The position numbers and the translations under genes were made by a program. From a virus, in IMG/VR virus record IMGVR_UViG_3300050195_000016, positions 1 to 48,432 of that record: a stretch of DNA of 48,432 bases; one strand, 5' to 3'. Below are positions 34,254 to 43,822 of the stretch, piece after piece; the stretch's first letter is position 1, and the number at the start of each line of letters is the position of its first letter. Below the pieces are notes generated by a model, which did not search any database, was not told the DNA's origin, and saw only the letters and a program-made list of their open reading frames with translations.

Positions 34254-34460
34254 ATGATTAATAAAATACTTAGTTACTTAGTCTATATGTCAACAACCTT
34301 TTTCTGGGTCAAGGCATTATACACATTCTACCTTGGTGGCGTTCCAGTGAGTGGCTTACTTAGTGTTATTTGTGTTGCAATTGGTACGTTTATCATGGGG
34401 TATGACTTATCCTCTTACGTAGCAAATAAACAGATTAAAAAGTATTTTGATACACACTAG
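34254..34460 (+). CDS. Small membrane protein (68 aa, two transmembrane helices)
   Basis: The two hydrophobic segments are STTFFWVKALYTFYLGG and LLSVICVAIGTFIMG. This is the last plus-strand ORF. Confidence 0.5.
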   Translation: MINKILSYLVYMSTTFFWVKALYTFYLGGVPVSGLLSVICVAIGTFIMGYDLSSYVANKQIKKYFDTH

Positions 34461-34469
34461 ATATAAAAG

Positions 34470-34488
34470 AAGGGGCCTAGCGCCCCTT
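34470..34488. terminator. Bidirectional hairpin terminator at the convergence of the two arms
   Basis: AAGGGGC, loop CTAGC, GCCCCTT, flanked by an A-run on the left and a T-rich run on the right. Confidence 0.6.
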
Positions 34489-34620
34489 TCCCTTCTTCTT
34501 ATGCTTAGATATCTCTATAGCCTGCATCTGAGCCTTCTCCATTACCTTCCCTTTCATCTTCCCTGCAGTAGCTCTATACTTCCCTTTATCTTTCCCTTTC
34601 GTAATCTTAGAATATGGCAT
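34477..34620 (-). CDS. Small Lys-rich basic protein (47 aa)
   Basis: Hand-translated as MPYSKITKGKDKGKYRATAGKMKGKVMEKAQMQAIEISKHKKKGKGR. It has a TAATG overlap with the upstream stop. It is below the track cutoff. Confidence 0.45.
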   Translation of the reverse strand: MPYSKITKGKDKGKYRATAGKMKGKVMEKAQMQAIEISKHKKKGKGR

Positions 34621-35153
34621 TATTTATAACCTATATTAATGACCACTTCACTAGCTGCTGAAACAACTGTAGCATCCGTATCTCCAACCCCCGTAGTTAC
34701 ACAGAAGCTAATCCCTGTACTAAACGACAAGCCAGTTGTAATCGGTATAATAATATTAGAAGAAGCTGGTAGATACACAGTGTACGCCACTGCTGTACTG
34801 CCCGGAGTAGGAGCTGTGGCTGTGTTTGAGAACTTAAGATAACGTGCTACAGTTCCTGCGTTAAATGCATAAATAGAGTATACATTACCAGCAGAAGACT
34901 TAACTAGTGATGCATTGGTAGTAGCTGCTGTGATAAGTCTATAGATGCTAAGCCCACCAGCAGTTGCTGGGGTTATTGAGGCCCATACTGCCCCTACGCC
35001 ATTAACCTTATAAGGTTCATAATCCCCTGTAGCAGAGGAGATTGTAGCTGGGGTGTCTGTACGTACCCCTAAGGACATCACACCAACATCCCCTGATGCA
35101 TGTACAGCATCCTCACGTCGTAGGAGTAGTTGGAAATCATCTTGGTTAGCCAT
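34620..35153 (-). CDS. Virion-associated protein (177 aa, Ala/Thr/Ser/Gly/Val-rich beta protein), putative
   Basis: ORF in the late operon. The assignment rests on composition only. Confidence 0.45.
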   Translation of the reverse strand: MANQDDFQLLLRREDAVHASGDVGVMSLGVRTDTPATISSATGDYEPYKVNGVGAVWASITPATAGGLSIYRLITAATTNASLVKSSAGNVYSIYAFNAGTVARYLKFSNTATAPTPGSTAVAYTVYLPASSNIIIPITTGLSFSTGISFCVTTGVGDTDATVVSAASEVVINIGYK

Positions 35154-35305
35154 TAGCAGCCCCCTCCCATTTTACCACCTTTCCCGCCTTTACCTTTCCC
35201 ATGACTTACTTCTACTGTCACTTTAATGCCACCCTCTTTACTTTTGCCCTTTGCAGGTTTTCCTTTAGCAGGAGAACGTTTAGCTGCTGGTTTCTTAGTT
35301 GCCAT
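35153..35305 (-). CDS. Small Lys/Gly-rich basic protein (50 aa)
   Basis: Hand-translated as MATKKPAAKRSPAKGKPAKGKSKEGGIKVTVEVSHGKGKGGKGGKMGGGC. It has a TAATG overlap with the downstream start. Confidence 0.45.
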   Translation of the reverse strand: MATKKPAAKRSPAKGKPAKGKSKEGGIKVTVEVSHGKGKGGKGGKMGGGC

Positions 35306-35480
35306 AAGTTATAATTCCCTTATCATCTACTGTTAACCCAAGTTCTTTCATTGCTGCTTGATATGCCGCAAGGTCGGACTCCTGATAGAACACATGACCA
35401 TCCGCGGTGACGATGCACCATGGGTAATCTGTTGAATCGAATGTTGATAATTCAACGTCTGAGATTGTTTTTGTGGTCAT
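35295..35480 (-). CDS. Hypothetical protein (61 aa)
   Basis: ORF abutting the upstream gene. Confidence 0.45.
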   Translation of the reverse strand: MTTKTISDVELSTFDSTDYPWCIVTADGHVFYQESDLAAYQAAMKELGLTVDDKGIITYGN

Positions 35481-36173
35481 CTAAACTCTCCTTCCCACGT
35501 ATGCGTCATACCCGTAAAATGTAGATGTATCTCCAGAAACTAATGTAATACCAAGGCTGTAGCTTCTAGAAACGGTAGTATCCGGCGTTAATGAAGAGCC
35601 AATCACGTTAGCGTATGGGAGTGACGCCGCTTTTGTTAAAACCCTAGCCATGCTGCTTGTTGACTCAAAAACACAATCCATAGGCCCTGTTAAGCCTACC
35701 ACGGAGGTCCCTGATCCTATTGCACTAGCAACGATGTTCGTTAGTGCGGTGTCCTTTAGCCACACTTCCTTTGTATTAGCGCTCGCTGTAAAGGATACCT
35801 TGGGGTAAATAGTAATTCTACCTCCATTTCCAAGCAGACTACCGGGTATACTAAACGAATAGGCGACACTATCCCCCGCAACCCCGGTCGTAACAGACGT
35901 CCGACTCGACCCAACTTTAATCGGCGCATTATTCAGGCTCTGCCAGTTGCTCCCATCCCAGATAAATGTGTGCAGGCCCAGATCAGTAGCCCTTACAGTA
36001 GTGCCTGAAGCTAACCCAGTAGTATTCAATAACAGGATATTTGCCCAAGTAGTGGCAGGCAACATAAGCTGACCACCACTGAGTTGGTAATATAGATTAA
36101 TTCTGTCTATTATCGTACCATCTGTTAGTCCAATCCCAGACAACCAAGCACTTATATTGTCTTGTAAGCTCAT
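35481..36173 (-). CDS. Tail fiber-like / virion protein (230 aa), putative
   Basis: Gly/Ser/Thr-rich beta composition in the late operon. Confidence 0.4.
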   Translation of the reverse strand: MSLQDNISAWLSGIGLTDGTIIDRINLYYQLSGGQLMLPATTWANILLLNTTGLASGTTVRATDLGLHTFIWDGSNWQSLNNAPIKVGSSRTSVTTGVAGDSVAYSFSIPGSLLGNGGRITIYPKVSFTASANTKEVWLKDTALTNIVASAIGSGTSVVGLTGPMDCVFESTSSMARVLTKAASLPYANVIGSSLTPDTTVSRSYSLGITLVSGDTSTFYGYDAYVGRRV

Positions 36174-36175
36174 CT

Positions 36176-36454
36176 CTAACTTCCTTTAGGTCTTCCACCA
36201 GTGCCCTTATTACGAGCACGATTCTTACTCTTATCCATAACACGTAGATTCTTACTGCCATTATCTTTAGTGTTATAGTTCTTGTGGTCTACATCCTTAC
36301 CATCACCCTTATGCACCTTCCCTTCTGACTCCATCTTACGTCTAGCTGCGTTACGCCCTGCTCTACGTTTCTTCTGCTCAGGCTTAGCATTATATGCCCT
36401 CTTAGCAACAGAGGCTGGCTTAGCATTAGCCTTAGTCTCACCCTTCTTAGCCAT
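36176..36454 (-). CDS. Highly basic protein with a Cys-less HNH-like core (92 aa)
   Basis: About one third of the residues are K or R. DVDHKNYNTKDNGSKNLRVMDKSKNRARN fits a DH...N..NL......N beta-beta-alpha-Me pattern. Confidence 0.4.
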   Translation of the reverse strand: MAKKGETKANAKPASVAKRAYNAKPEQKKRRAGRNAARRKMESEGKVHKGDGKDVDHKNYNTKDNGSKNLRVMDKSKNRARNKGTGGRPKGS

Positions 36455-36672
36455 TACTTCTTTTCCTCAATCATCACATCATGCTTAGCAACAATAACTT
36501 CTAGGTTATTAACGCGCTTCTGTAGGTCTTGTGTAGCAGAGTCAACACGTCCTATAACCTTAATCAATGAGTCAATCCTTTCCACTAACACCTCAGTATT
36601 AACTGTGTTGGAGTAAATAACCCCAGCAACAGCGATTAACACGGGCATCCACTCCTTAATTAGTTGATTCAT
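36454..36672 (-). CDS. Small membrane / coiled-coil protein (72 aa)
   Basis: Begins MNQLIKEWMPVLIAVAGVIYS. GGAG lies 6 nt upstream of the ATG at 36672. Confidence 0.45.
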   Translation of the reverse strand: MNQLIKEWMPVLIAVAGVIYSNTVNTEVLVERIDSLIKVIGRVDSATQDLQKRVNNLEVIVAKHDVMIEEKK

Positions 36673-38398
36673 CTTTAGCTCCAAATAAGTAAGGGGCAAT
36701 AACTTGTTGAGCTTTATTCAAGTCTGGGTCTCCTGACAGTACAGCATACAATTTAGCTAAGTTATTAATAGGTGCATTAAGCTTAGAATTCAAGTTACTT
36801 ACCAGTTTTAATGCTTCTACATTACTCTCCTGCCCTTTAGCTACTTTAAAAGACATATTTCCTGTAGAGTCGATGTATGGTTCTGCAATATTAACTGCGC
36901 TCTGTGAACCACCAGATACAGAGGTATTTACCACTTCACCCTTACGATATAAGTCTTGAATCTGCTTATACACAGGTTCAAAACCTTTATCGAATATCTC
37001 CTTGGACTTAGCCGTGGTTGACTGGTCCATGTCAATCTTACCAACCTTACTCAACGAGTCATACATATCCGTGTACATATGCTGAATGAACTTGTTAGTA
37101 TCCTCCTCGTCGTACATCCCATTACCGCCGTACAAGTTGAAAGACTTCAACTGAGTGTTAATCAACCCACCCAAAGCTTCTGGTTTACTAATTCCAGCAG
37201 CTTTCTCATCCATACTAGGAAGCTCTTTAAGGATAGTCTTAGATAAAGGTAAATGATCATCTGTTAGCATGTTAGAAGGAATTGCTGGTTTGGTTGTGGG
37301 CTGAGTAGATGTATTGTTATTCTTATACATCGAGGTTAAGCTACTCATTAAATCCCCCGCAGCATCTACTTGTTTACCAATAACCCCGCTGAACAAGGCT
37401 GCAGTCTGAGGACCAACTGCGGATACAACTGTATGAGCTGCCCTTAATTCTGGTCTACTCATCATGGCAGATACTAAATCACCATTACTTAACGTGTTTA
37501 GTTTGTTACTGGCAACTTGAGAACTAATGGTCCCATCAGTCATCTTAATAGCAGTGTTACCAATATCCTCTACAAGGTTCATGGCAGTAGACTTTTGTTC
37601 TGAAGGTGCATTAGCAAATGTGCTGGCTAGATTTGCTTTAGTATTAACAATAATGTCGTTAATCTGCTGGATCTTCTGTTCCTGTGGGATGTTAGAATCA
37701 GATACTTCCTTAATCTTAGCTTGGCTAGATGCTGCAAGTACAGACACGGTGGATGCTAACATCTTACTATCTTTCTGCTGCTGTACTTTTATATTATGGT
37801 CATAACGTGCATATGCCATAGACTGCTGATCTTTAGAAATATCTGTAGCAGTTTTCTGCCTTGTAAGGACAGCTTGAGCTTCTTGGTTAGCTTGGTTAGT
37901 AGCAGCCCAAGTAACCTGTTCATTCTTGTACTGCACGTATCGGTCAACTGATAAACCAGCAGATGCAGCAGCTTCCTCCGTCTTCTTCTGTAGTTGGTAA
38001 GAGTCATTCCCAGTGTTCATAGTCTTACCAAGGTCAGACATATACGAGTTGTTAGCTTCAACTAAGTCTTTTGAGTATGCAGGGAATTGAGCAGCGTACT
38101 TATTATACACCATACGTCTCTGGCTAGCAGCCCATTCAGGGGACTTACCAAGCTTAACTGCGTCTGCGATGCTAGACAACTCCTTCTCGTATGCACCAGT
38201 AACCATGCCTGTAGCAGTGGATTGGTCATCCTTCGCTTGCTGTACCCGCGTCTCCTGAACATAAGCTGGGGAAGGGACAGCCTGTTGTAGGAGGCCGGCA
38301 GCAGCAGTAATAGGACTAGGTGCTACAGACGTTTGCTGAGGGGTCATTGCTGACCCCAAAGTTCCCATATCTTGTGAAAACAAATTACTGGTTGCCAT
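36656..38398 (-). CDS. Internal virion protein (580 aa), putative
   Basis: Gln/Ser/Ala-rich. It lies directly downstream of the giant protein, the position of T7 gp15/16-class proteins. Confidence 0.45.
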   Translation of the reverse strand: MATSNLFSQDMGTLGSAMTPQQTSVAPSPITAAAGLLQQAVPSPAYVQETRVQQAKDDQSTATGMVTGAYEKELSSIADAVKLGKSPEWAASQRRMVYNKYAAQFPAYSKDLVEANNSYMSDLGKTMNTGNDSYQLQKKTEEAAASAGLSVDRYVQYKNEQVTWAATNQANQEAQAVLTRQKTATDISKDQQSMAYARYDHNIKVQQQKDSKMLASTVSVLAASSQAKIKEVSDSNIPQEQKIQQINDIIVNTKANLASTFANAPSEQKSTAMNLVEDIGNTAIKMTDGTISSQVASNKLNTLSNGDLVSAMMSRPELRAAHTVVSAVGPQTAALFSGVIGKQVDAAGDLMSSLTSMYKNNNTSTQPTTKPAIPSNMLTDDHLPLSKTILKELPSMDEKAAGISKPEALGGLINTQLKSFNLYGGNGMYDEEDTNKFIQHMYTDMYDSLSKVGKIDMDQSTTAKSKEIFDKGFEPVYKQIQDLYRKGEVVNTSVSGGSQSAVNIAEPYIDSTGNMSFKVAKGQESNVEALKLVSNLNSKLNAPINNLAKLYAVLSGDPDLNKAQQVIAPYLFGAKDESTN

Positions 38399-41300
38399 TT
38401 TCCATCCTATAAATTAAATCTAAAGTTTGTTTACGTTGGTCTTCATCAGGGATTCTACGAGCCTGCTTAACCATTTCTTCAATTGGCATAAGGCCAGAAG
38501 ACCGTAATGTACTAATCAAGTAAGATGATTCACCATTCTTCTGGGCATCCTCGCTTAATACTTTCAGTGCAGTGCTGTACGCTTTAGGTGTGTCCTTAAA
38601 CTTCTCTAGTACAGAGCCTACCATTGCTTGCACATACTGAGGATCTGACTTCAACATACCATTGTTAATCAATTCACTGTTAACGTTCTTTACAAAGGTT
38701 TTCATATCATTGTAAAGATCTTGTGAACTTGCGTAACGTTCTTCCCCATATGCTAGGTAACGTTGGTAGTCTTCTGTATCAAGCCCTACAGACTTGGAGA
38801 ATGCCTCCGAGGGAGTGATTCCTTGCTGGATGATATCTCCATTGTTGTTACGTAGCTCACCTGTGTGGTACATTAAGTAAGACTTAAACGCATTAGACGT
38901 ACCAGAAGATAAGTTAGCAGCTGCCTTCCATAAAGCTTCATCAGATACTGGAATGTTACTATCTCGATCAATTGCTCCTAGATACTGCCCAAAAGTCTTA
39001 ACAGCAGGTGCAATACGATTAGTAACTAGTGTACCTGCGGGTGATTTAGTGATAAGTCCCGGCAGACCATTCTGGTAAAGCTCTAACAACTGCGAAGCCA
39101 TCCCCATTGCATCCATTGGGTTATACTTAGCTGTGTAGAAATCCCCTTTAACCCCAACTAAACTTAGGGCGTTCTTCATCATAGACATTTCCATTGCTGT
39201 AGCAAACTTATCTTTATCTTCCCTACTTACATCAGGCAGAGAGTCAGCTACATCTGTAATGGTGTTACGAATTGAAGAAGGAACCCCGTATAATAGTATT
39301 GGAGCAGCAACCATTGCAAGACGATCACGAGTACCTACTGTACGTGATAAGAAAGGGTCTGTAACAGCTTTGTGAATCATCTGGAAGAACTGCATAGACA
39401 CACTAAGGGTGTTTCCTTGGTACGAGTAGCTAGCTGCCTTAGAGAAGTTAAAGGTCATTGATTTAGCTTCTGCTAAGATCTGGTCTAATTCACGTAGCGT
39501 AGGGGTTGCACCCTTATGGGATTGCTGCCAAGCAGAGCGTTTAACTAACCAAGCAGTAAGTTGGTTGAAGTCTTCCCCATAAGTGTTACCAAGCTGCATC
39601 ATCTTTAATAGGGATGCTACTGGTCTTGTAGGAGATATGTCCCTGAATCCAGCTATCCCATGTACACTAAACCCGCCCATCTGCTCTGAGTAATGTTGGT
39701 CAATGGAATCAAACAACCCAGACTGTCTCATCTCATCAAACAACTGTTTACCACTATCCTTCCAATCCTTAGTACCAAGTCCTGTAGCATGAGCTAACAT
39801 GTCTCGGATATTAGTGTGCAAGTCTGCAATACCAACATTGAATGCTAAGTTTGATAAAGACTGGCTTCCTTGTGTAAGTAGAGCACCTATGGTGTTCATA
39901 CCAAGCGTGGTGATAAACACACCACCCTTAACTGCAGAAGAGAGTTTGGTGTCTGCTAACTTACGCATAGCACCTTCTGCTGTAGGAGAAGCCCTAACCC
40001 CATCAGCAACCCAAGATGAAATAGTAGAAGCTAATGCATCAATACCATTAACAAACCCATTCTCCATTTGGTTGATATATGCCCAAGTAGTACGACAGTG
40101 ACGAAGGTTTACATCCTCAATCATCCCTTTACCTAGTTCTGCAGGATCATTAGGAATATATTTCATATGTGTTTTTGGATTAGTTGGCAGATACTTACCG
40201 TATTGATCCATGAAACGCGTTTTAAGCCCTTCTATAACAGGACGTAAGGAAACCCTATTACCTAAGCTCTGTGCGGTGTTCTGCATAGCTTCTAGTGGGT
40301 TTAAAACGTGTTGTGACTGACCACTAGCTAGTGCATTAACTGACTCTAAGGCATCACCACGGAATTTCTGTGAAGATCTACCTGCAGAGATACCAACATC
40401 AAATCCTTCATCCATAGCAGTAAGACGGTTCTTAGCTGAACGTGCTGTACGAATAAAGTAATCAGAGTCAGCCTGTTCTTGCATATGGAACTTAGCGCCC
40501 GTCCTCCCTGAGAGAGATTCACCCATCATCTGAGCTTCTTTAGTTGATGCAGCCTCTGCAACAGCTTTAGAATAAATAAGCTTACCTGACTTATCTTTCA
40601 CATTCTGTACTATAAAGAATGGAGAATTGTGTTGTACACGGTAGTACCCATCTCTATAGTTTAACACCCTATCCATTTGGTTTAATTTACGGAAGTAGTT
40701 ATCTTGAGCGTTAGTTACTAGCACATGTTTGATATTACTGCCATTAACTGAGATGTGGTCTTTAAGCTCTGAGATAAACCCACCATTATCGTACAGATCT
40801 TTCTTCTCTGCTGCAGTAAGCACACGAGACACATTAGTAGAGGGGTCATACACTTCTAAACCAACCTTAGCATTCCTAGCTAAAGGTTTGCCAAGTAACT
40901 GGCTATTGTTAGCTCTATCTACCACGTACCCATATCCATATGAATCGAGGGTCTTAACCTTATCTGCATTCTCTAATACAAAAGCTGTATCGTGAAAACG
41001 TTTAAACTCCCTGTATGCATCAATAGACCCTTTACTATACCCCTGTGCAGCCATAGCTGCTGGGTCAAACTTAATGCCATCCACATTAGCACGTTTTATA
41101 TATTCTACTAGAGACTTAGATTCAGCCTTTGGTAGCTTACCTACTTGTGCTTCTACTGCGTGAGACATACGTGTAAGCTGTGCTGTTAAGTGTGCCCCAT
41201 GTGCCTCTGCTACAATAAAAGGCTGAGTTACTTGTTTATGGAAGATCTGAGTAGGGGAGATGGCTAATTGAGTAATAGACCCTTGTCCAGTACGTTGGCC

Positions 41301-43034
41301 TAAATCAAATAATCCTTTCATACTATCTGCTAAGTTGAACCGTGGGGTGTACTCTGTAAACCCAGTCTTCATGTCATACCCCCAGTTATGATTAATGCTA
41401 ACTGCATAATCACCATCTGGAAGTGCTTCACTGAAATCAATTGGAGAGTAACCTTCTGGTCCCCTTTTCATTAGCTGGAAGCTATCTCGCGTAATACCTA
41501 AATCCCGCATAGCATACTCTGTACGATCAAATGCTGCTTTAGCTGAGTTAAATCCAGTATTACCATCAGTAACTACTGCATTGATTTTAAAACCTTCACC
41601 AGAGTCACTAACGATATGCCCCATCTCTGGTCTTAGTTGTACACCAACTGCGTTGTCTAAAGTAGCTTGTAAGCCGGCTTGCTGCTTAGCTCTTTCTTCT
41701 GCTGAGTAGCGGAAACCAGAGTCTTTAAGCCCCATAGCAACTAAGTCATCACTATAGTCTAGTCCATCTGGTTTAACGCGTATAGGGCCTTCTGTGGTGT
41801 TAGGCATAGTTAAGTCTACTAAGGCATCAGCTTTAGGTTTACCATCTGTTAGTACGCGTGCTACGTCCTCTGTGGATGTCTCTAACAGCTTAGCTAAGTT
41901 AGCCCCTTGAGTAGGATTAACTGCTGCAGCTGTCTGAATTAATGAAGCTGGGTTAACCTCATTTCTAACTACAGAACCAACTGCTTTAGCTACCTCACTA
42001 ACCTGTAACACTTGAGCTCGTTCTTTTGCTACGTTACTAGTTCCTTTTACAATGGAGATATCCTGTGGCATTGCACCTAATGCATACTTGGAAGCAGCTG
42101 ATGCAGATTCTGAGGACACAGACGCTACTGGGGCTGCAGCTCCTGCTGCTTTCTTAGCACCACCACCAATTAAGTATGTAGCGTCAAATAACACGTCTTT
42201 AACTAATGCTTCATTACTAGAATCATTGTTATCTACAAGCTCACGGGCTAGATTCAAAGACGCATAATTAGCTTCATCAAACAAGGATGCATTATTGTTA
42301 TTAGCATAGGTCAACACTTGCTTTAGTGTCTCCATACGCTTCTCTGGGGGCATTGCATCAATATAGTTACGGATGTCCGCAGTATTCTTCATACTAGTTA
42401 ACATACCCATCATAACACCAGTGTTAGATTGGTCTTGTTTAAGCACATCCTGTTTAATGCCAGTAGTTAGTAATCCAGAGAGTCCGGGTAGGAAGTTAAG
42501 CATTGTATCTACTGTACTACCAGACTTATCGTTAGCAACTTGCATAGCTTTAACTAACGCACGAGATTGACGTTGGTAGTCTAAGAAGCTATCTACGTTA
42601 CTCATAATAGTTAGACGGGCATTCTCTTGGTTAACCCCCTCATTACCATTACTAGAGGATGCCATACTTTCTACAGTAGCTTGACGAGCAGATAGATCTG
42701 TCTTAGCTTGTAAGTACTGTGGTACTTGGAATTTGGTATCATCAGGAACAGAAGGGTCTGTTAAAACACTAGCAGCAGCTTTAGCTGTTGTAGCTTGGTC
42801 CTGCTGTACTAAAGGGGCCATATCCTGTTTTAAAGGAGAGTCGTCCCCCTGTTCCAACGAATTCTTATACTTTTCGTAATTAGAAATTAGGTTATCTTGA
42901 GAGGAGGTTGCTACTGCTGTAAACATAGCATGCTGTTCATTATCAGCAGTAGAACCAATTGGAGTTGGCGCTTGCCCAGATAATGCGTCAAGACTTAAAC
43001 CATTAGTGTTTGCTGACAGTGTGCCAAGATCCAT
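38385..43034 (-). CDS. Giant internal virion / DNA-ejection protein (1549 aa), putative
   Basis: The largest ORF in the genome. Its position after the tail tube genes matches T7 gp16-class proteins. No catalytic motif recognised. Confidence 0.5.
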   Translation of the reverse strand: MDLGTLSANTNGLSLDALSGQAPTPIGSTADNEQHAMFTAVATSSQDNLISNYEKYKNSLEQGDDSPLKQDMAPLVQQDQATTAKAAASVLTDPSVPDDTKFQVPQYLQAKTDLSARQATVESMASSSNGNEGVNQENARLTIMSNVDSFLDYQRQSRALVKAMQVANDKSGSTVDTMLNFLPGLSGLLTTGIKQDVLKQDQSNTGVMMGMLTSMKNTADIRNYIDAMPPEKRMETLKQVLTYANNNNASLFDEANYASLNLARELVDNNDSSNEALVKDVLFDATYLIGGGAKKAAGAAAPVASVSSESASAASKYALGAMPQDISIVKGTSNVAKERAQVLQVSEVAKAVGSVVRNEVNPASLIQTAAAVNPTQGANLAKLLETSTEDVARVLTDGKPKADALVDLTMPNTTEGPIRVKPDGLDYSDDLVAMGLKDSGFRYSAEERAKQQAGLQATLDNAVGVQLRPEMGHIVSDSGEGFKINAVVTDGNTGFNSAKAAFDRTEYAMRDLGITRDSFQLMKRGPEGYSPIDFSEALPDGDYAVSINHNWGYDMKTGFTEYTPRFNLADSMKGLFDLGQRTGQGSITQLAISPTQIFHKQVTQPFIVAEAHGAHLTAQLTRMSHAVEAQVGKLPKAESKSLVEYIKRANVDGIKFDPAAMAAQGYSKGSIDAYREFKRFHDTAFVLENADKVKTLDSYGYGYVVDRANNSQLLGKPLARNAKVGLEVYDPSTNVSRVLTAAEKKDLYDNGGFISELKDHISVNGSNIKHVLVTNAQDNYFRKLNQMDRVLNYRDGYYRVQHNSPFFIVQNVKDKSGKLIYSKAVAEAASTKEAQMMGESLSGRTGAKFHMQEQADSDYFIRTARSAKNRLTAMDEGFDVGISAGRSSQKFRGDALESVNALASGQSQHVLNPLEAMQNTAQSLGNRVSLRPVIEGLKTRFMDQYGKYLPTNPKTHMKYIPNDPAELGKGMIEDVNLRHCRTTWAYINQMENGFVNGIDALASTISSWVADGVRASPTAEGAMRKLADTKLSSAVKGGVFITTLGMNTIGALLTQGSQSLSNLAFNVGIADLHTNIRDMLAHATGLGTKDWKDSGKQLFDEMRQSGLFDSIDQHYSEQMGGFSVHGIAGFRDISPTRPVASLLKMMQLGNTYGEDFNQLTAWLVKRSAWQQSHKGATPTLRELDQILAEAKSMTFNFSKAASYSYQGNTLSVSMQFFQMIHKAVTDPFLSRTVGTRDRLAMVAAPILLYGVPSSIRNTITDVADSLPDVSREDKDKFATAMEMSMMKNALSLVGVKGDFYTAKYNPMDAMGMASQLLELYQNGLPGLITKSPAGTLVTNRIAPAVKTFGQYLGAIDRDSNIPVSDEALWKAAANLSSGTSNAFKSYLMYHTGELRNNNGDIIQQGITPSEAFSKSVGLDTEDYQRYLAYGEERYASSQDLYNDMKTFVKNVNSELINNGMLKSDPQYVQAMVGSVLEKFKDTPKAYSTALKVLSEDAQKNGESSYLISTLRSSGLMPIEEMVKQARRIPDEDQRKQTLDLIYRMENGNQ

Positions 43035-43046
43035 TTATTTTACACC

Positions 43047-43541
43047 TTATTTATTTAGTTTAGACTGAACACTAGCTGTTTTACTTGTTGTGTTAGAGCT
43101 AAGCAGAGTGCCTATACCACCTGCAGATTGGAATACTGTACCAGCTAGACTTGAGATACCACCCCACATCTGAGCGTTAGAGCTTGCTGTTGCAGCTTGC
43201 TGTTGATAACTAGATATAGCTTGTACTGCAGTCTCTTGACCCCTCTGATTACCTATGTTAGCTGATGTTTGTGAGCCTATACTCCCAATAGCGCCTATTT
43301 CTCCGGAGCTACCACTCGTGCCAGAATTAGAGGAGGAGTTCAATACTTGTGCTCGCTTTATACGAGCCTGTCTCAGGGCTTGTCTGCGTGCTTCTATGTC
43401 TTGCTGTTGCTGTGCCGCTGAGGAAACTTTAGACGCATTGTTAGATGCATTAGATGCAGCCTTACCTGCTTGCACAGATTCGTATGTACCAACCCCACCC
43501 ACTACTAGGGCAGTTATTGCTGCCCCTGTTACAAGGTCCAT
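43047..43541 (-). CDS. Internal virion protein (164 aa), putative
   Basis: N-terminal hydrophobic helix, a Gln/Ser/Ala-rich low-complexity stretch and a Gly-rich C-terminus. Confidence 0.4.
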   Translation of the reverse strand: MDLVTGAAITALVVGGVGTYESVQAGKAASNASNNASKVSSAAQQQQDIEARRQALRQARIKRAQVLNSSSNSGTSGSSGEIGAIGSIGSQTSANIGNQRGQETAVQAISSYQQQAATASSNAQMWGGISSLAGTVFQSAGGIGTLLSSNTTSKTASVQSKLNK

Positions 43542-43822
43542 TCAAACACCTCCCTTATACTTCCATCCTGCAGCTTAGCAAACTTATCTGTTAATTTCCC
43601 ACCAAACAATAAAGGGAACTTTAAGTCACGTGGAGCTCCATACAAGGTAGAAATATTAGACATTTTAAGGTAGTTAATAAGTTTGTCAAAGCCAATATAT
43701 AACTCTTTTAAAGCAGAATGATTCCACTCAAATACATACAAATGTACAAATACCCCAAACTCAAACTCTTGCACTACACAATCATAATGAGTAGTGCACT
43801 CTCTATAAATTACCGTTGACAT
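43529..43822 (-). CDS. Hypothetical protein (97 aa)
   Basis: ORF overlapping both neighbours. Confidence 0.45.
   Translation of the reverse strand: MSTVIYRECTTHYDCVVQEFEFGVFVHLYVFEWNHSALKELYIGFDKLINYLKMSNISTLYGAPRDLKFPLLFGGKLTDKFAKLQDGSIREVFEWTL

Noticed and set aside
34447-34629. Plus-strand ORF 34447..34629
   Set aside because: It runs straight through the bidirectional terminator hairpin and is antisense to a better-supported, translationally coupled small basic ORF.
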